A DNA stretch of 5,329 bases, from the IMG/VR virus record IMGVR_UViG_3300007085_000008; one strand, 5' to 3'. The stretch comes from a virus. Positions 4,766-5,329 of the stretch are shown piece by piece (position 1 is the stretch's first letter; the number at the start of each line of letters is the position of its first letter). The notes beneath the pieces were generated by a model. That model saw only the letters and a list, made by a program, of their open reading frames with translations. It did not search any database and was not told the origin of the DNA. The translations under genes were made by a program, and so were the position numbers.

Positions 4766-5060
4766 TAAAATGTACTCCATCCTCGATACCCGCGCTGGTA
4801 TCTGGACTTTCCCTTTCGCTCAACCTGCGGACTCTGTCGCCGTTCGTGTATTCGAAGGCGTCGTTATGGACCGCAACACTATCATTGGACAATCACCGCA
4901 GGACTTCGACCTGTATTACATGGGCACTTTCGAAGACGAGGACACTCCCACTTTCACTATTATCGAACCGCAATTCATCATCGCTGGAACCAAACTGAAA
5001 CAACAACTTCTCGCAAAAGAGGCTGCTGATCATGAAATCAGTAATGGCGCATCAATTTAG
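4758..5060 (+). CDS. VP5: VP5 (same gene as 169-471, seen again because of the wrap-around)
   Basis: Protein identical to the 169-471 ORF. ATG 4758-4760 overlaps the VP4 stop codon at 4763-4765. Confidence 0.8.
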   Translation: MINKMYSILDTRAGIWTFPFAQPADSVAVRVFEGVVMDRNTIIGQSPQDFDLYYMGTFEDEDTPTFTIIEPQFIIAGTKLKQQLLAKEAADHEISNGASI

Positions 5061-5329
5061 TCGAATTCCAAAAGCGGATATTCCGCGTTCTTCCTTTGAC
5101 CGTTCGCACGGTCATAAAACAACCTTCGACGCTGGTTATCTCATCCCAATTTTCTGTGATGAGGCACTACCCGGCGATACTTTCCAACTCAATATGTCGG
5201 CTTTTGCCCGACTCGCTACACCCATCTTTCCGCTCATGGACAACATGTTCATGGACACCCAGTTCTTCTCCGTTCCGGTGCGCCTGGTCTGGGACAACTG
5301 GCAAAAATTCAACGGCGAACAAAAAAACC
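5032..5329 (+). CDS. VP1: VP1 major capsid protein, N-terminal fragment (redundant copy of 443-740; truncated by the window end)
   Basis: Sequence identical to 443-740 at an offset of 4589. The ORF runs off the 3' end of the window. Confidence 0.9.
   Translation, partial: MKSVMAHQFSRIPKADIPRSSFDRSHGHKTTFDAGYLIPIFCDEALPGDTFQLNMSAFARLATPIFPLMDNMFMDTQFFSVPVRLVWDNWQKFNGEQKN

Larger units (their letters stand above)
4590..5329. repeat. Right copy of the exact 740-nt terminal redundancy (same as 1-740)
   Basis: Same as the left copy. The repeat ends at the window edge and cuts through the VP4 and VP1 coding sequences, as expected for an assembly overlap or concatemer and not for a biological terminal repeat. 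Confidence 0.95.

Noticed and set aside
1-5329. tRNA, rRNA, CRISPR arrays, defence or anti-defence cargo, toxin-antitoxin pairs
   Set aside because: Apart from the two short spacers, every base is accounted for by six canonical microvirus genes. There are no spaced direct-repeat arrays and no cloverleaf-like segments, and there is no room for accessory genes.

Overview
This window is a complete genome of a small circular ssDNA phage of the family Microviridae, with the gokushovirus gene set and order. It is not a cellular locus. Positions 1-740 read base-for-base identical to 4590-5329, so the unit length is 4589 nt. The window is one genome plus 740 nt of wrap-around, from either a circular assembly or a head-to-tail concatemer. 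All genes are on the + strand and tightly packed: VP4 replication initiator (3836-4765; GTG start, HUH and YxxxY motifs), VP5 (4758-5060, also 169-471), VP1 major capsid (443-2017), VP2 pilot/minor capsid (2026-3021), VP3 internal scaffold (3086-3556), and a 38-aa highly basic J/ORF8-like DNA-binding peptide (3716-3832) that is too short for the supplied ORF track. Non-coding DNA is limited to two spacers. The 64-nt VP2-VP3 spacer holds a 16-bp hairpin, and the 159-nt VP3-ORF8 spacer holds several stem-loops. These are the best candidates for origin, priming or transcription signals. No tRNA, rRNA, CRISPR array, integrase, lysin or host-derived cargo gene is visible. I do not see a novel multi-gene system here. 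Points worth follow-up are the structured spacers, the in-frame ORF8-TAA-ATC-GTG-VP4 junction, a phiX174-ori-like AT-rich motif at the VP4/VP5 junction, the VP1 surface-loop region, and the unexplained lysis mechanism, for which there are only weak overprinted candidates. All family assignments come from remembered motifs, not from a database search.
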